DNA of 64,000 nt from Eledone cirrhosa. Its lineage: Eukaryota. Location: NCBI GenBank assembly GCA_964016885.1, contig OZ024744.1:248001-312000 (forward strand). Direction: 5' to 3'. The notes beneath the pieces were generated by a model. The model had not been told where the DNA came from. It did no database searches and worked only from the letters and a program-made list of their open reading frames with translations. This document shows positions 22,201 to 36,700 of this stretch, in pieces. A program made the position numbers and the translations under genes. Position 1 is the stretch's first letter; each line of letters starts with the position of its first letter.

Positions 22201-25200
22201 TCTTCACCAAGCTATCTTTCTCTACCTTGTCTTCCCCCAAAACTTCGTTCTTCACAAGCTATCCTTCTCTACCTTGTCTTCCCTCAAAACTTCGTTCTTC
22301 ACCAAGCTATCTTTCTCTACCTTGTCTTCCCCCAAAACTTCGTTCTTCACCAAACTATCTTTCTCTACCTTGTCTTCCCTCAAAACTTCGTTCTTCACCA
22401 AGCTATCTTTCTCTACCTTGTCTTCCCTCAAAACTCCGTTCTTCATCAAGCTATCGTTCTCTACTTTGTCTTCCCTCAAAACGTCGTTCTTCACCTAGCT
22501 ATCTTTCTCTACCTTGTCTTCCCTCAAAACGTCGTTCGTTCTTCACCAAGCTATCTTTCTTTACCTTGTCTTCCCCCAAAACCTCGTTCTTCACAAGCTA
22601 TCCTTCTCTACCTTGTCTTCCCTCAAAACTTCGTTCTTGATCAAGCTATCTTTCTCTCCCTTGTCTTCCCTCAAAACTTCGTTCTTCATCAAGCTATCTT
22701 TCTCTAACTTGTCTTCCCTCAAAACTTCGTTCTTCACCAAGCTATCTTTTTCTACCTTGTCTTCCCTCAAAACTTCGTTCTTCACCAAGCTATCTTACTC
22801 TACCTTGTCTTCCCTCAAAACTTCGTTCTTCACCAAGCTAACTTTCTCTACCTTGTCTTCCCTCAAAACTTCGTTCTTCATCAAGCTATCTTTCTCTACC
22901 TTGTCTTCCCTCAAAACTTCGTTCTTCACCAAGCTATCTTTCTCTACCTTGTCTTCCCTCAAAACTTCGTTCTTCACCAAGCTATCTTTCTCTACCTTTT
23001 TTCCCCCCAAAACTTCGTTCTTCACCAAACTATCTTTCTCTACCTTGTCTTCCCTCAAAACTTCGTTCTTCACCAAGCTATCTTTCTCTACCTTGTCTTC
23101 CCTCAAAACTCCGTTCTTCATCAAGCTATCGTTCTCTACTTTGTCTTCCCTCAAAACGTCGTTCTTCACCTAGCTATCTTTCTCTACCTTGTCTTCCCTC
23201 AAAACGTCGTTCGTTCTTCACCAAGCTATCTTTCTCTACCTTGTCTTCCCCCAAAACTTCGTTCTTCACAAGCTATCCTTCTCTACCTTGTCTTCCCTCA
23301 AAACTTCGTTCTTGATCAAGCTATCTTTCTCTACCTTGTCTTCCCTCAAAACTTTGTTCTTCACCAAGCTATCTTTCTCTACCTTGTCTTCCCTCAAAAC
23401 TTCGTTCTTCACCAAGCTATCTTTCTCTACCTTGTCTTCCCTCAAAACTTCGTTCTTCACCAAGCTATCTTTCTCTACCTTGTCTTCCCCCAGAACATCG
23501 TTCTTCACCAAGCTATCTTTCTCTACCTTGTCTTCCCTCAAAACTTCGTTATTCACCAAGCTATCTTTCTCTACCTTGCCTTCCTGCAAAACTTCGTTCC
23601 TCATCAAGCTATCTTTCTCTACTTTGTCTTCCCTCAAAACATCGTTCGGTCTTCATCAAGCTATCTTTCTCTACCTTGTCTTCCCTCAAGACTTCGTTCG
23701 TCACCAAGCTATCTTTCTCTACATTGTCTTCCCCCAAAACTTCGTTCTTCATCAAGCTATCTTTCTCTACCTTGTCTTCCCTCAAAACGTCGTTCTTCAC
23801 CAAGCTATCTTTCTCTACCTTGTCTTCCCACAAAACTTCGTTCTTCATCAAGCTATCTTTCTCTACCTTGTCTTCCCTCAAAACGTCGTTCTTCACCAAG
23901 CTATCTTTCTCTACCTTGTCTTCCCCCAAAACTTCGTTCTTCACCAAGCTATCTTTCTCTACCTTGTCTACCCCCAAAACTTCGTTCTTCACCAAGCTAT
24001 CTTTCTCTACCTTGTCTTCCCACAAAACTTCGTTCTTCACCAAGCTATCTCTCTCTACCTTGTCTTCCCACAAAACGTCGTTCTTCACCAAGCTATATTT
24101 CGCTACCTTGTCTTCCCTCAAAACTTCGTTCTTCATCAAGCTATCTTTCTCTACCTTGTCTTCCCTCAAAACTTCGTTCTTCACCAAGCTATCTTTCTCT
24201 ACCTTGTCTTCCCTCAAAACTTCGTTCTTCACCAAGCTATCTTTCTCTACCTTGTCTTCCCTCAAAATTCGTTCTTCACCAAGCTAACTTTCTCTACCTT
24301 GTCTTCCCTCAACACTTCGTTCTTCATCAAGCTATCTTTCTCTACCTTGTCTTCCCTCAAAACTTCGTTCTTCACCAAGCTATATTTCTCTACCTTTTTT
24401 TCCCCAAAAACTTCGTTCTTCACCAAACTATCTTTCTCTACCTTGTCTTCCCTCAAAACTTCGTTCTTCACCAAGCTATCTTTCTCTACCTTGTCTTCCC
24501 TCAAAACTCCGTTCTTCATCAAGCTATCGTTCTCTACTTTGTCTTCCCTCAAAACGTCGTTCTTCACCTAGCTATCTTTCTCTACCTTGTCTTCCCTCAA
24601 AACGTCGTTCGTTCTTCACCAAGCTATCTTTCTTTACCTTGTCTTCCCCCAAAACTTCGTTCTTCACAAGCTATCCTTCTCTACCTTGTATTCCCTCAAG
24701 ACTTCGTTCGTCACCAAGCTATCTTTCTCTACATTGTCTTCCCCCAAAACTTCGTTCTTCATCAAGCTATCTTTCTCTACCTTGTCTTCCCTCAAAACGT
24801 CGTTCTTCACCAAGCTATCTTTCTCTACCTTGTCTTCCCACAAAACTTCGTTCTTCATCAAGCTATCTTTCTCTACCTTGTCTTCCCTCAAAACGTCGTT
24901 CTTCACCAAGCTATCTTTCTCTACCTTGTCTTCCCCCAAAACTTCGTTCTTCACCAAGCTATCTTTCTCTACCTTGTCTACCCCCAAAACTTCGTTCTTC
25001 ACCAAGCTATCTTTCTCTACCTTGTCTTCCCACAAAACTTCGTTCTTCACCAAGCTATCTCTCTCTACCTTGTCTTCCCACAAAACCTACTTCTTCACCA
25101 AGCTATCTTTCGCTACCTTGTCTTCCCTCAAAACTTCGTTCTTCATCAAGCTATCTTTCTCTACCTTGTCTTCCCTCAAAACTTCGTTCTTCACCAAGCT

Positions 25201-26993
25201 ATCTTTCTCTACCTTGTCTTCCCTCAAAACTTCGTTCTTCACCAAGCTATCTTTCTCTACCTTGTCTTCCCCCAAAACATCGTTCTTCACCAAGCTATCT
25301 TTCTTTACCTTGTCTCCCCTCAAAACTTCGTTATTCACCAAGCTATATTTCTCTACCTTGTCTTCCCTCAAAACTTCGTTCTTCACCAAGCTATCTTTCT
25401 CTACCTTGTCTTCCCTCAAAACTTCGTTCGTTCTTCACCAAGCTATCTTTCTCTACCTTGTCTTCCCCCAAAACTTCGTTCTTCACAAGCTATCCTTCTC
25501 TACCTTGTCTTCCCTCAAAACTTCGTTCTTGATCAAGCTATCTTTCTCTACCTTGTCTTCCCTCAAAACTTTGTTCTTCACCAAGCTATCTTTCTCTACC
25601 TTGTCTTCCCTCAAAACTTCGTTCTTCACCAAGCTATCTTTCTCTACCTTGTCTTCCCTCAAAACTTCGTTCTTCACCAAGCTATCTTTCTCTACCTTGT
25701 CTTCCCCCAGAACATCGTTCTTCACCAAGCTATCTTTCTCTACCTTGTCTTCCCTCAAAACTTCGTTATTCACCAAGCTATCTTTCTCTACCTTGCCTTC
25801 CTGCAAAACTTCGTTCTTCATCAAGCTATCTTTCTCTACTTTGTCTTCCCTCAAAACATCGTTCGGTCTTCATCAAGCTATCTTTCTCTACCTTGTCTTC
25901 CCTCAAGACTTCGTTCGTCACCAAGCTATCTTTCTCTACATTGTCTTCCCCCAAAACTTCGTTCTTCATCAAGCTATCTTTCTCTACCTTGTCTTCCCTC
26001 AAAACGTCGTTCTTCACCAAGCTATCTTTCTCTACCTTGTCTTCCCACAAAACTTCGTTCTTCATCAAGCTATCTTTCTCTACCTTGTCTTCCCTCAAAA
26101 CGTCGTTCTTCACCAAGCTATCTTTCTCTACCTTGTCTTCCCCCAAAACTTCGTTCTTCACCAAGCTATCTTTCTCTACCTTGTCTTCCCTCAAAACTTC
26201 GTTCTTCACCAAGCTATCTTTCTCTACCTTGTCTTCCCTCAAAACTTCGTTCTTCACCAAGCTATCTTTCTCTACCTTGTCTTCCCTCAAAATTCGTTCT
26301 TCACCAAGCTAACTTTCTCTACCTTGTCTTCCCTCAACACTTCGTTCTTCATCAAGCTATCTTTCTCTACCTTGTCTTCCCTCAAAACTTCGTTCTTCAC
26401 CAAGCTATATTTCTCTACCTTTTTTTCCCCAAAAACTTCGTTCTTCACCAAACTATCTTTCTCTACCTTGTCTTCCCTCAAAACTTCGTTCTTCACCAAG
26501 CTATCTTTCTCTACCTTGTCTTCCCTCAAAACTCCGTTCTTCATCAAGCTATCGTTCTCTACTTTGTCTTCCCTCAAAACGTCGTTCTTCACCTAGCTAT
26601 CTTTCTCTACCTTGTCTTCCCTCAAATCGTCGTTCGTTCTTCACCAAGCTATCTTTCTTTACCTTGTCTTCCCCCAAAACTTCGTTCTTCACAAGCTATC
26701 CTTCTCTACCTTGTATTCCCTCAAGACTTCGTTCGTCACCAAGCTATATTTCTCTACATTGTCTTCCCCCAAAACTTCGTTCTTCATCAAGCTATCTTTC
26801 TCTACCTTGTCTTCCCTCAAAACGTCGTTCTTCACCAAGCTATCTTTCTCTACCTTGTCTTCCCACAAAACTTCGTTCTTCATCAAGCTATCTTTCTCTA
26901 CCTTGTCTTCCCTCAAAACGTCGTTCTTCACCAAGCTATCTTTCTCTACCTTGTCTTCCCCCAAAACTTCGTTCTTCACCAAGCTATCTTTCT

Positions 26994-29900
26994 CTACCTT
27001 GTCTACCCCCAAAACTTCGTTCTTCACCAAGCTATCTTTCTCTACCTTGTCTTCCCACAAAACTTCGTTCTTCACCAAGCTATCTCTCTCTACCTTGTCT
27101 TCCCACAAAACCTACTTCTTCACCAAGCTATCTTTCGCTACCTTGTCTTCCCTCAAAACTTCGTTCTTCATCAAGCTATCTTTCTCTACCTTGTCTTCCC
27201 TCAAAACTTCGTTCTTCACCAAGCTATCTTTCTCTACCTTGTCTTCCCTCAAAACTTCGTTCTTCACCAAGCTATCTTTCTCTACCTTGTCTTCCCCCAA
27301 AACATCGTTCTTCACCAAGCTATCTTTCTTTACCTTGTCTCCCCTCAAAACTTCGTTATTCACCAAGCTATATTTCTCTACCTTGTCTTCCCTCAAAACT
27401 TCGTTCTTCACCAAGCTATCTTTCTCTACCTTGTCTTCCCTCAAAACTTCGTTCTTCACCAAGCTATCTTTCTCTACCTTGTCTTCCCTCAAAACTTCGT
27501 TATTCACCAAGCTATCTTTCTCTACCTTGCCTTCCTGCAAAACTTCGTTCTTCATCAAGCTATCTTTCTCTACTTTGTCTTCCCTCAAAACATCGTTCGG
27601 TCTTCATCAAGCTATCTTTCTCTACCTTGTCTTCCCTCAAGACTTCGTTCGTCACCAAGCTATCTTTCTCTACATTGTCTTCCCCCAAAACTTCGTTCTT
27701 CATCAAGCTATCTTTCTCTACCTTGTCTTCCCTCAAAACGTCGTTCTTCACCAAGCTATCTTTCTCTACCTTGTCTTCCCACAAAACTTCGTTCTTCATC
27801 AAGCTATCTTTCTCTACCTTGTCTTCCCTCAAAACGTCGTTCTTCACCAAGCTATCTTTCTCTACCTTGTCTTCCCCCAAAACTTCGTTCTTCACCAAGC
27901 TATCTTTCTCTACCTTGTCTACCCCCAAAACTTCGTTCTTCACCAAGCTATCTTTCTCTACCTTGTCTTCCCACAAAACTTCGTTCTTCACCAAGCTATC
28001 TCTCTCTACCTTGTCTTCCCACAAAACGTCGTTCTTCACCAAGCTATATTTCGCTACCTTGTCTTCCCTCAAAACTTCGTTCTTCATCAAGCTATCTTTC
28101 TCTACCTTGTCTACCCTCAAAACTTCGTTCTTCACCAAGCTATCTTTCTCTACCTTGTCTTCCCTCAAAACTTCGTTCTTCACCAAGCTATCTTTCTCTA
28201 CCTTGTCTTCCCTCAAAATTCGTTCTTCACCAAGCTAACTTTCTCTACCTTGTCTTCCCTCAACACTTCGTTCTTCATCAAGCTATCTTTCTCTACCTTG
28301 TCTTCCCTCAAAACTTCGTTCTTCACCAAGCTATATTTCTCTACCTTTTTTTCCCCCAAAACTTCGTTCTTCACCAAACTATCTTTCTCTACCTTGTCTT
28401 CCCTCAAAACTTCGTTCTTCACCAAGCTATCTTTCTCTACCTTGTCTTCCCTCAAAACTCCGTTCTTCATCAAGCTATCGTTCTCTACTTTGTCTTCCCT
28501 CAAAACGTCATTCTTCACCTAGCTATCTTTCTCTACCTTGTCTTCCCTCAAAACGTCGTTCGTTCTTCACCAAGCTATCTTTCTTTACCTTGTCTTCCCC
28601 CAAAACTTCGTTCTTCACAAGCTATCCTTCTCTACCTTGTATTCCCTCAAGACTTCGTTCGTCACCAAGCTATCTTTCTCTACATTGTCTTCCCCCAAAA
28701 CTTCGTTCTTCATCAAGCTATCTTTCTCTACCTTGTCTTCCCTCAAAACGTCGTTCTTCACCAAGCTATCTTTCTCTACCTTGTCTTCCCACAAAACTTC
28801 GTTCTTCATCAAGCTATCTTTCTCTACCTTGTCTTCCCTCAAAACGTCGTTCTTCACCAAGCTATCTTTCTCTACCTTGTCTTCCCCCAAAACTTCGTTC
28901 TTCACCAAGCTATCTTTCTCTACCTTGTCTACCCCCAAAACTTCGTTCTTCACCAAGCTATCTTTCTCTACCTTGTCTTCCCACAAAACTTCGTTCTTCA
29001 CCAAGCTATCTCTCTCTACCTTGTCTTCCCACAAAACCTACTTCTTCACCAAGCTATCTTTCGCTACCTTGTCTTCCCTCAAAACTTCGTTCTTCATCAA
29101 GCTATCTTTCTCTACCTTGTCTTCCCTCAAAACTTCGTTCTTCACCAAGCTATCTTTCTCTACCTTGTCTTCCCTCAAAACTTCGTTCTTCACCAAGCTA
29201 TCTTTCTCTACCTTGTCTTCCCTCAAAACTTCGTTCTTCACCAAGCCAACTTTCTCTACCGTGTCTTCCCTCAAAACTTCGTTCTTCATCAAGCTATCTT
29301 TCTCTACCTTGTCTTCCCTCAAAACTTCGTTCTTCACCAAGCTATATTTCTCTACCTTTTTTTCCCCCAAAACTTCGTTCTTCACCAAACTATCTTTCTC
29401 TACCTTGTCTTCCCTCAAAACTTCGTTCTTCACCAAGCTAACTTTCTCTACCTTGTCTTCCCTCAAAACTTCGTTCTTCATCAAGCTATCTTTCTCTACC
29501 TTGTCTTCCCTCAAAACTTCGTTCTTCACCAAGCTATCTTTCTCTACCTTGTCTTCCCTCAAAACTTCGTTCTTCACCAAGCTATCTTTCTCTACCTTTT
29601 TTCCCCCCAAAACTTCGTTCTTCACCAAACTATCTTTCTCTACCTTGTCTACCCCCAAAACTTCGTTCTTCACCAAGCTATCTTTCTCTACCTTGTCTTC
29701 CCACAAAACTTCGTTCTTCACCAAGCTATCTCTCTCTACCTTGTCTTCCCACAAAACCTACTTCTTCACCAAGCTATCTTTCGCTACCTTGTCTTCCCTC
29801 AAAACTTCGTTCTTCATCAAGCTATCTTTCTCTACCTTGTCTTCCCTCAAAACTTCGTTCTTCACCAAGCTATCTTTCTCTACCTTGTCTTCCCTCAAAA

Positions 29901-32295
29901 CTTCGTTCTTCACCAAGCTATCTTTCTCTACCTTGTCTTCCCCCAAAACATCGTTCTTCACCAAGCTATCTTTCTTTACCTTGTCTCCCCTCAAAACTTC
30001 GTTATTCACCAAGCTATATTTCTCTACCTTGTCTTCCCTCAAAACTTCGTTCTTCACCAAGCTATCTTTCTCTACCTTGTCTTCCCTCAAAACTTCGTTC
30101 TTCACCAAGCTATCTTTCTCTACCTTGTCTTCCCTCAAAACTTCGTTATTCACCAAGCTATCTTTCTCTACCTTGCCTTCCTGCAAAACTTCGTTCTTCA
30201 TCAAGCTATCTTTCTCTACTTTGTCTTCCCTCAAAACATCGTTCGGTCTTCATCAAGCTATCTTTCTCTACCTTGTCTTCCCTCAAGACTTCGTTCGTCA
30301 CCAAGCTATCTTTCTCTACATTGTCTTCCCCCAAAACTTCGTTCTTCATCAAGCTATCTTTCTCTACCTTGTCTTCCCTCAAAACGTCGTTCTTCACCAA
30401 GCTATCTTTCTCTACCTTGTCTTCCCACAAAACTTCGTTCTTCATCAAGCTATCTTTCTCTACCTTGTCTTCCCTCAAAACGTCGTTCTTCACCAAGCTA
30501 TCTTTCTCTACCTTGTCTTCCCCCAAAACTTCGTTCTTCACCAAGCTATCTTTCTCTACCTTGTCTACCCCCAAAACTTCGTTCTTCACCAAGCTATCTT
30601 TCTCTACCTTGTCTTCCCACAAAACTTCGTTCTTCACCAAGCTATCTCTCTCTACCTTGTCTTCCCACAAAACGTCGTTCTTCACCAAGCTATATTTCGC
30701 TACCTTGTCTTCCCTCAAAACTTCGTTCTTCATCAAGCTATCTTTCTCTACCTTGTCTACCCTCAAAACTTCGTTCTTCACCAAGCTATCTTTCTCTACC
30801 TTGTCTTCCCTCAAAACTTCGTTCTTCACCAAGCTATCTTTCTCTACCTTGTCTTCCCTCAAAATTCGTTCTTCACCAAGCTAACTTTCTCTACCTTGTC
30901 TTCCCTCAACACTTCGTTCTTCATCAAGCTATCTTTCTCTACCTTGTCTTCCCTCAAAACTTCGTTCTTCACCAAGCTATATTTCTCTACCTTTTTTTCC
31001 CCCAAAACTTCGTTCTTCACCAAACTATCTTTCTCTACCTTGTCTTCCCTCAAAACTTCGTTCTTCACCAAGCTATCTTTCTCTACCTTGTCTTCCCTCA
31101 AAACTCCGTTCTTCATCAAGCTATCGTTCTCTACTTTGTCTTCCCTCAAAACGTCATTCTTCACCTAGCTATCTTTCTCTACCTTGTCTTCCCTCAAAAC
31201 GTCGTTCGTTCTTCACCAAGCTATCTTTCTTTACCTTGTCTTCCCCCAAAACTTCGTTCTTCACAAGCTATCCTTCTCTACCTTGTATTCCCTCAAGACT
31301 TCGTTCGTCACCAAGCTATCTTTCTCTACATTGTCTTCCCCCAAAACTTCGTTCTTCATCAAGCTATCTTTCTCTACCTTGTCTTCCCTCAAAACGTCGT
31401 TCTTCACCAAGCTATCTTTCTCTACCTTGTCTTCCCACAAAACTTCGTTCTTCATCAAGCTATCTTTCTCTACCTTGTCTTCCCTCAAAACGTCGTTCTT
31501 CACCAAGCTATCTTTCTCTACCTTGTCTTCCCCCAAAACTTCGTTCTTCACCAAGCTATCTTTCTCTACCTTGTCTACCCCCAAAACTTCGTTCTTCACC
31601 AAGCTATCTTTCTCTACCTTGTCTTCCCACAAAACTTCGTTCTTCACCAAGCTATCTCTCTCTACCTTGTCTTCCCACAAAACCTACTTCTTCACCAAGC
31701 TATCTTTCGCTACCTTGTCTTCCCTCAAAACTTCGTTCTTCATCAAGCTATCTTTCTCTACCTTGTCTTCCCTCAAAACTTCGTTCTTCACCAAGCTATC
31801 TTTCTCTACCTTGTCTTCCCTCAAAACTTCGTTCTTCACCAAGCTATCTTTCTCTACCTTGTCTTCCCTCAAAACTTCGTTCTTCACCAAGCCAACTTTC
31901 TCTACCGTGTCTTCCCTCAAAACTTCGTTCTTCATCAAGCTATCTTTCTCTACCTTGTCTTCCCTCAAAACTTCGTTCTTCACCAAGCTATATTTCTCTA
32001 CCTTTTTTTCCCCCAAAACTTCGTTCTTCACCAAACTATCTTTCTCTACCTTGTCTTCCCTCAAAACTTCGTTCTTCACCAAGCTAACTTTCTCTACCTT
32101 GTCTTCCCTCAAAACTTCGTTCTTCATCAAGCTATCTTTCTCTACCTTGTCTTCCCTCAAAACTTCGTTCTTCACCAAGCTATCTTTCTCTACCTTGTCT
32201 TCCCTCAAAACTTCGTTCTTCACCAAGCTATCTTTCTCTACCTTTTTTCCCCCCAAAACTTCGTTCTTCACCAAACTATCTTTCTCTACCTTGTC
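26994..32295. repeat. Higher-order tandem duplication, period 2646 bp (55 monomers), 2 copies
   Basis: ORFs 27112/29758, 27560/30206, 28213/30859 and 28538/31184 are all offset by 2646. Private variants: ACGTCATT (28510/31156) and AAGCCAAC (~29245/31891). 55x48 + 6 = 2646. Confidence 0.93.
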
Positions 32296-33764
32296 TTCCC
32301 TCAAAACTTCGTTCTTCACCAAGCTATCTTTCTCTACCTTGTCTTCCCTCAAAACTCCGTTCTTCATCAAGCTATCGTTCTCTACTTTGTCTACCCTCAA
32401 AACGTCGTTCTTCACCTAGCTATCCTTCTCTACCTTGTCTTCCCTCAAAACGTCGTTCGTTCTTCACCAAGCTATCTTTCTCTACCTTGTCTTCCCCCAA
32501 AACTTCGTTCTTCACAAGCTATCCTTCTCTACCTTGTCTTCCCTCAAAACTTCGTTCTTGATCAAGCTATCTTTCTCTACCTTGTCTTCCCTCAAAACTT
32601 TGTTCTTCACCAAGCTATCTTTCTCTACCTTGTCTTCCCTCAAAACTTCGTTCTTCACCAAGCTATCTTTCTCTACCTTGTCTTCCCTCAAAACTTCGTT
32701 CTTCACCAAGCTATCTTTCTCTACCTTGTCTTCCCTCAAAACTCCGTTCTTCATCAAGCTATCGTTCTCTACTTTGTCTTCCCTCAAAACGTCGTTCTTC
32801 ACCTAGCTATCTTTCTCTACCTTGTCTTCCCTCAAAACGTCGTTCGTTCTTCACCAAGCTATCTTTCTTTACCTTGTCTTCCCCCAAAACTTCGTTCTTC
32901 ACAAGCTATCCTTCTCTACCTTGTATTCCCTCAAGACTTCGTTCGTCACCAAGCTATCTTTCTCTACATTGACTTCCCCCAAAACTTCGTTCTTCATCAA
33001 GCTATCTTTCTCTACCTTGTCTTCCCTCAAAACGTCGTTCTTCACCAAGCTATCTTTCTCTACCTTGTCTTCCCACAAAATTTCGTTCTTCATCAAGCTA
33101 TCTTTCTCTACCTTGTCTTCCCTCAAAACGTCGTTCTTCACCAAGCTATCTTTCTCTACCTTGTCTTCCCCCAAAACTTCGTTCTTCACCAAGCTATCTT
33201 TCTCTACCTTGTCTACCCCCAAAACTTCGTTCTTCACCAAGCTATCTTTCTCTACCTTGTCTTCCCACAAAACTTCGTTCTTCACCAAGCTATCTCTCTC
33301 TACCTTGTCTTCCCACAAAACCTACTTCTTCACCAAGCTATCTTTCGCTACCTTGTCTTCCCTCAAAACTTCGTTCTTCATCAAGCTATCTTTCTCTACC
33401 TTGTCTTCCCTCAAAACTTCGTTCTTCACCAAGCTATCTTTCTCTACCTTGTCTTCCCTCAAAACTTCGTTCTTCACCAAGCTATCTTTCTCTACCTTGT
33501 CTTCCCCCAAAACATCGTTCTTCACCAAGCTATCTTTCTTTACCTTGTCTCCCCTCAAAACTTCGTTATTCACCAAGCTATCTTTCTCTACCTTGTCTTC
33601 CCTCAAAACTTCGTTCTTCACCAAGCTATCTTTCTCTACCTTGTCTTCCCTCAAAACTTCGTTCTTCACCAAGCTATCTTTCTCTACCTTGTCTTCCCCC
33701 AGAACATCGTTCTTCACCAAGCTATCTTTCTCTACCTTGTCTTCCCTCAAAACTGCGTTATTCA

Positions 33765-36700
33765 CCAAGCTATCTTTCTCTACCTTGCCTTCCTGCAAAA
33801 CTTCGTTCTTCACCAAGCTATCTTTCTCTACCTTGTCTTCCCTCAAAACTTCGTTCTTCACCAAGCTAACTTTCTCTACCGTGTCTTCCCTCAAAACTTC
33901 GTTCTTCATCAAGCTATCTTTCTCTACCTTGTCTTCCCTCAAAACTTCGTTCTTCACCAAGCTATATTTCTCTACCTTTTTTTCCCCCAAAACTTCGTTC
34001 TTCACCAAACTATCTTTCTCTACCTTGTCTTCCCTCAAAACTTCGTTCTTCACCAAGCTAACTTTCTCTACCTTGTCTTCCCTCAAAACTTCGTTCTTCA
34101 TCAAGCTATCTTTCTCTACCTTGTCTTCCCTCAAAACTTCGTTCTTCACCAAGCTATCTTTCTCTACCTTGTCTTCCCTCAAAACTTCGTTCTTCACCAA
34201 GCTATCTTTCTCTACCTTTTTTCCCCCCAAAACTTCGTTCTTCACCAAACTATCTTTCTCTACCTTGTCTTCCCTCAAAACTTCGTTCTTCACCAAGCTA
34301 TCTTTCCCTACCTTGTCTTCCCTCAAAACTCCGTTCTTCATCAAGCTATCGTTCTCTACTTTGTCTACCCTCAAAACGTCGTTCTTCACCTAGCTATCCT
34401 TCTCTACGTTGTCTTCCCTCAAAACGTCGTTCGTTCTTCACCAAGCTATCTTTCTCTACCTTGTCTTCCCCCAAAACTTCGTTCTTCACAAGCTATCCTT
34501 CTCTACCTTGTCTTCCCTCAAAACTTCGTTCTTGATCAAGCTATCTTTCTCTACCTTGTCTTCCCTCAAAACTTTGTTCTTCACCAAGCTATCTTTCTCT
34601 ACCTTGTCTTCCCTCAAAACTTCGTTCTTCACCAAGCTATCTTTCTCTACCTTGTCTTCCCTCAAAACTTCGTTCTTCACCAAGCTATCTTTCTCTACCT
34701 TGTCTTCCCCCAAAACATCGTTCTTCACCAAGCTATCTTTCTCTACCTTGTCTTCCCCCAAAACATCGTTCTTCACCAAGCTATCTTTCTCTACCTTGTC
34801 TTCCCTGAAAACTTCGTTATTCACCAAGCTATCTTTCTCTACCTTGTCTTCCCTCAAAACTCCGTTCTTCATCAAGCTATCTCTCTCTACCTTGTCTTCC
34901 CTCAACACTTCGTTCGTTCTTCACCAAGCTATCTTTCTCTACCTTGTCTTCCCTCAACACTTCGTTCGTTCTTCACCAAGCTATCTTTCTCTACCTTGTC
35001 TTCCCCCAAAACTACGTTCTTCACAAGCTATCTTTCTCTACCTTGTCTTCCCTCAAATCTTCGTTCTTCACCAAGCTATCTTTCTCTACCTTGTCTTCCC
35101 TCAAAATTTCGTTCTTCACCAAGCTATCTTTCTCTACCTTGTCTTCCCTCAAAACTTCGTTCTTCACCAAGCTATCTTTCTCTACCTTGTCTTCCCTCAA
35201 AACTTCGTTCTTCACCAAGCTAACTTTCTCTACCTTGTCTTCCCTCAAAACTTCGTTCTTCATCAAGCTATCTTTCTCTACCTTGTCTTCCCTCAAAACT
35301 TCGTTCTTCACCAAGCTATCTTTCTCTACCTTGTCTTCCCTCAAAACTTCGTTCTTCACCAAGCTATCTTTCTCTACCTTGTCTTCCCTCAAAACTTCGT
35401 TCTTCACCAAGCTAACTTTCTCTACCTTGTCTTCCCTCAAAACTTCGTTCTTCATCAAGCTATCTTTCTCTACCTTGTCTTCCCTCAAAACTTCGTTCTT
35501 CACCAAGCTATATTTCTCTACCTGTTTTTCCCCCAAAACTTCGTTTTTCACCAAACTATCTTTCTCTACCTTGTCTTCCCTCAAAACTTCGTTCTTCACC
35601 AAGCTATCTTTCTCTACCTTGTCTTCCCTCAAAACTCCGTTCTTCATCAAGCTAACTTTCTCTACCTTGTCTTCCCCCAAAACTTCGTTCTTCACAAGCT
35701 ATCCTTCTCTACCTTGTCTTCCCTCAAAACTTCGTTCTTGATCAAGCTATCTTTCTCTACCTTGTCTTCCCTCAAAACTTCGTTCTTCATCAAGCTATCT
35801 TTCTCTACCTTGTCTTCCCTCAAAACTTCGTTCTTCACCAAGCTATCTTTCTCTACCTTGTCTTCCCTCAAAACTTCGTTCTTCACCAAGCTATCTTACT
35901 CTACCTTGTCTTCCCTCAAAACTTCGTTCTTCACCAAGCTAACTTTCTCTACCTTGTCTTCCCTCAAAACTTCGTTCTTCATCAAGCTATCTTTCTCTAC
36001 CTTGTCTTCCCTCAAAACTTCGTTCTTCACCAAGCTATCTTTCTCTACCTTGTCTTCCCTCAAAACTTCGTTCTTCACCAAGCTATCTTTCTCTACCTTT
36101 TTTCCCCCCAAAACTTCGTTCTTCACCAAACTATCTTTCTCTACCTTGTCTTCCCTCAAAACTTCGTTCTTCACCAAGCTATCTTTCTCTACCTTGTCTT
36201 CCCTCAAAACTCCGTTCTTCATCAAGCTATCTTTCTCTAGCTTGTCTTCCCTCAAAACTTCGTTCTTCACCAAGCTATCTTTCTCTACTTTGTCTACCCT
36301 CAAAACGTCGTTCTTCACCTAGCTATCCTTCTCTACCTTGTCTTCCCTCAAAACGTCGTTCGTTCTTCACCAAGCTATCTTTCTCTACCTTGTCTTCCCC
36401 CAAAACTTCGTTCTTCACAAGCTATCCTTCTCTACCATGTCTTCCCTCAAAACTTCGTTCTTGATCAAGCTATCTTTCTCTACCTTGTCTTCCCTCAAAA
36501 CTTTGTTCTTCACCAAGCTATCTTTCTCTACCTTGTCTTCCCTCAAAACTTCGTTCTTCACCAAGCTATCTTTCTCTACCTTGTCTTCCCTCAAAACTTC
36601 GTTCTTCACCAAGCTATCTTTCTCTACCTTGTCTTCCCCCAAAACATCGTTCTTCACCAAGCTATCTTTCTTTACCTTGTCTTCCCTGAAAACTTCGTTA

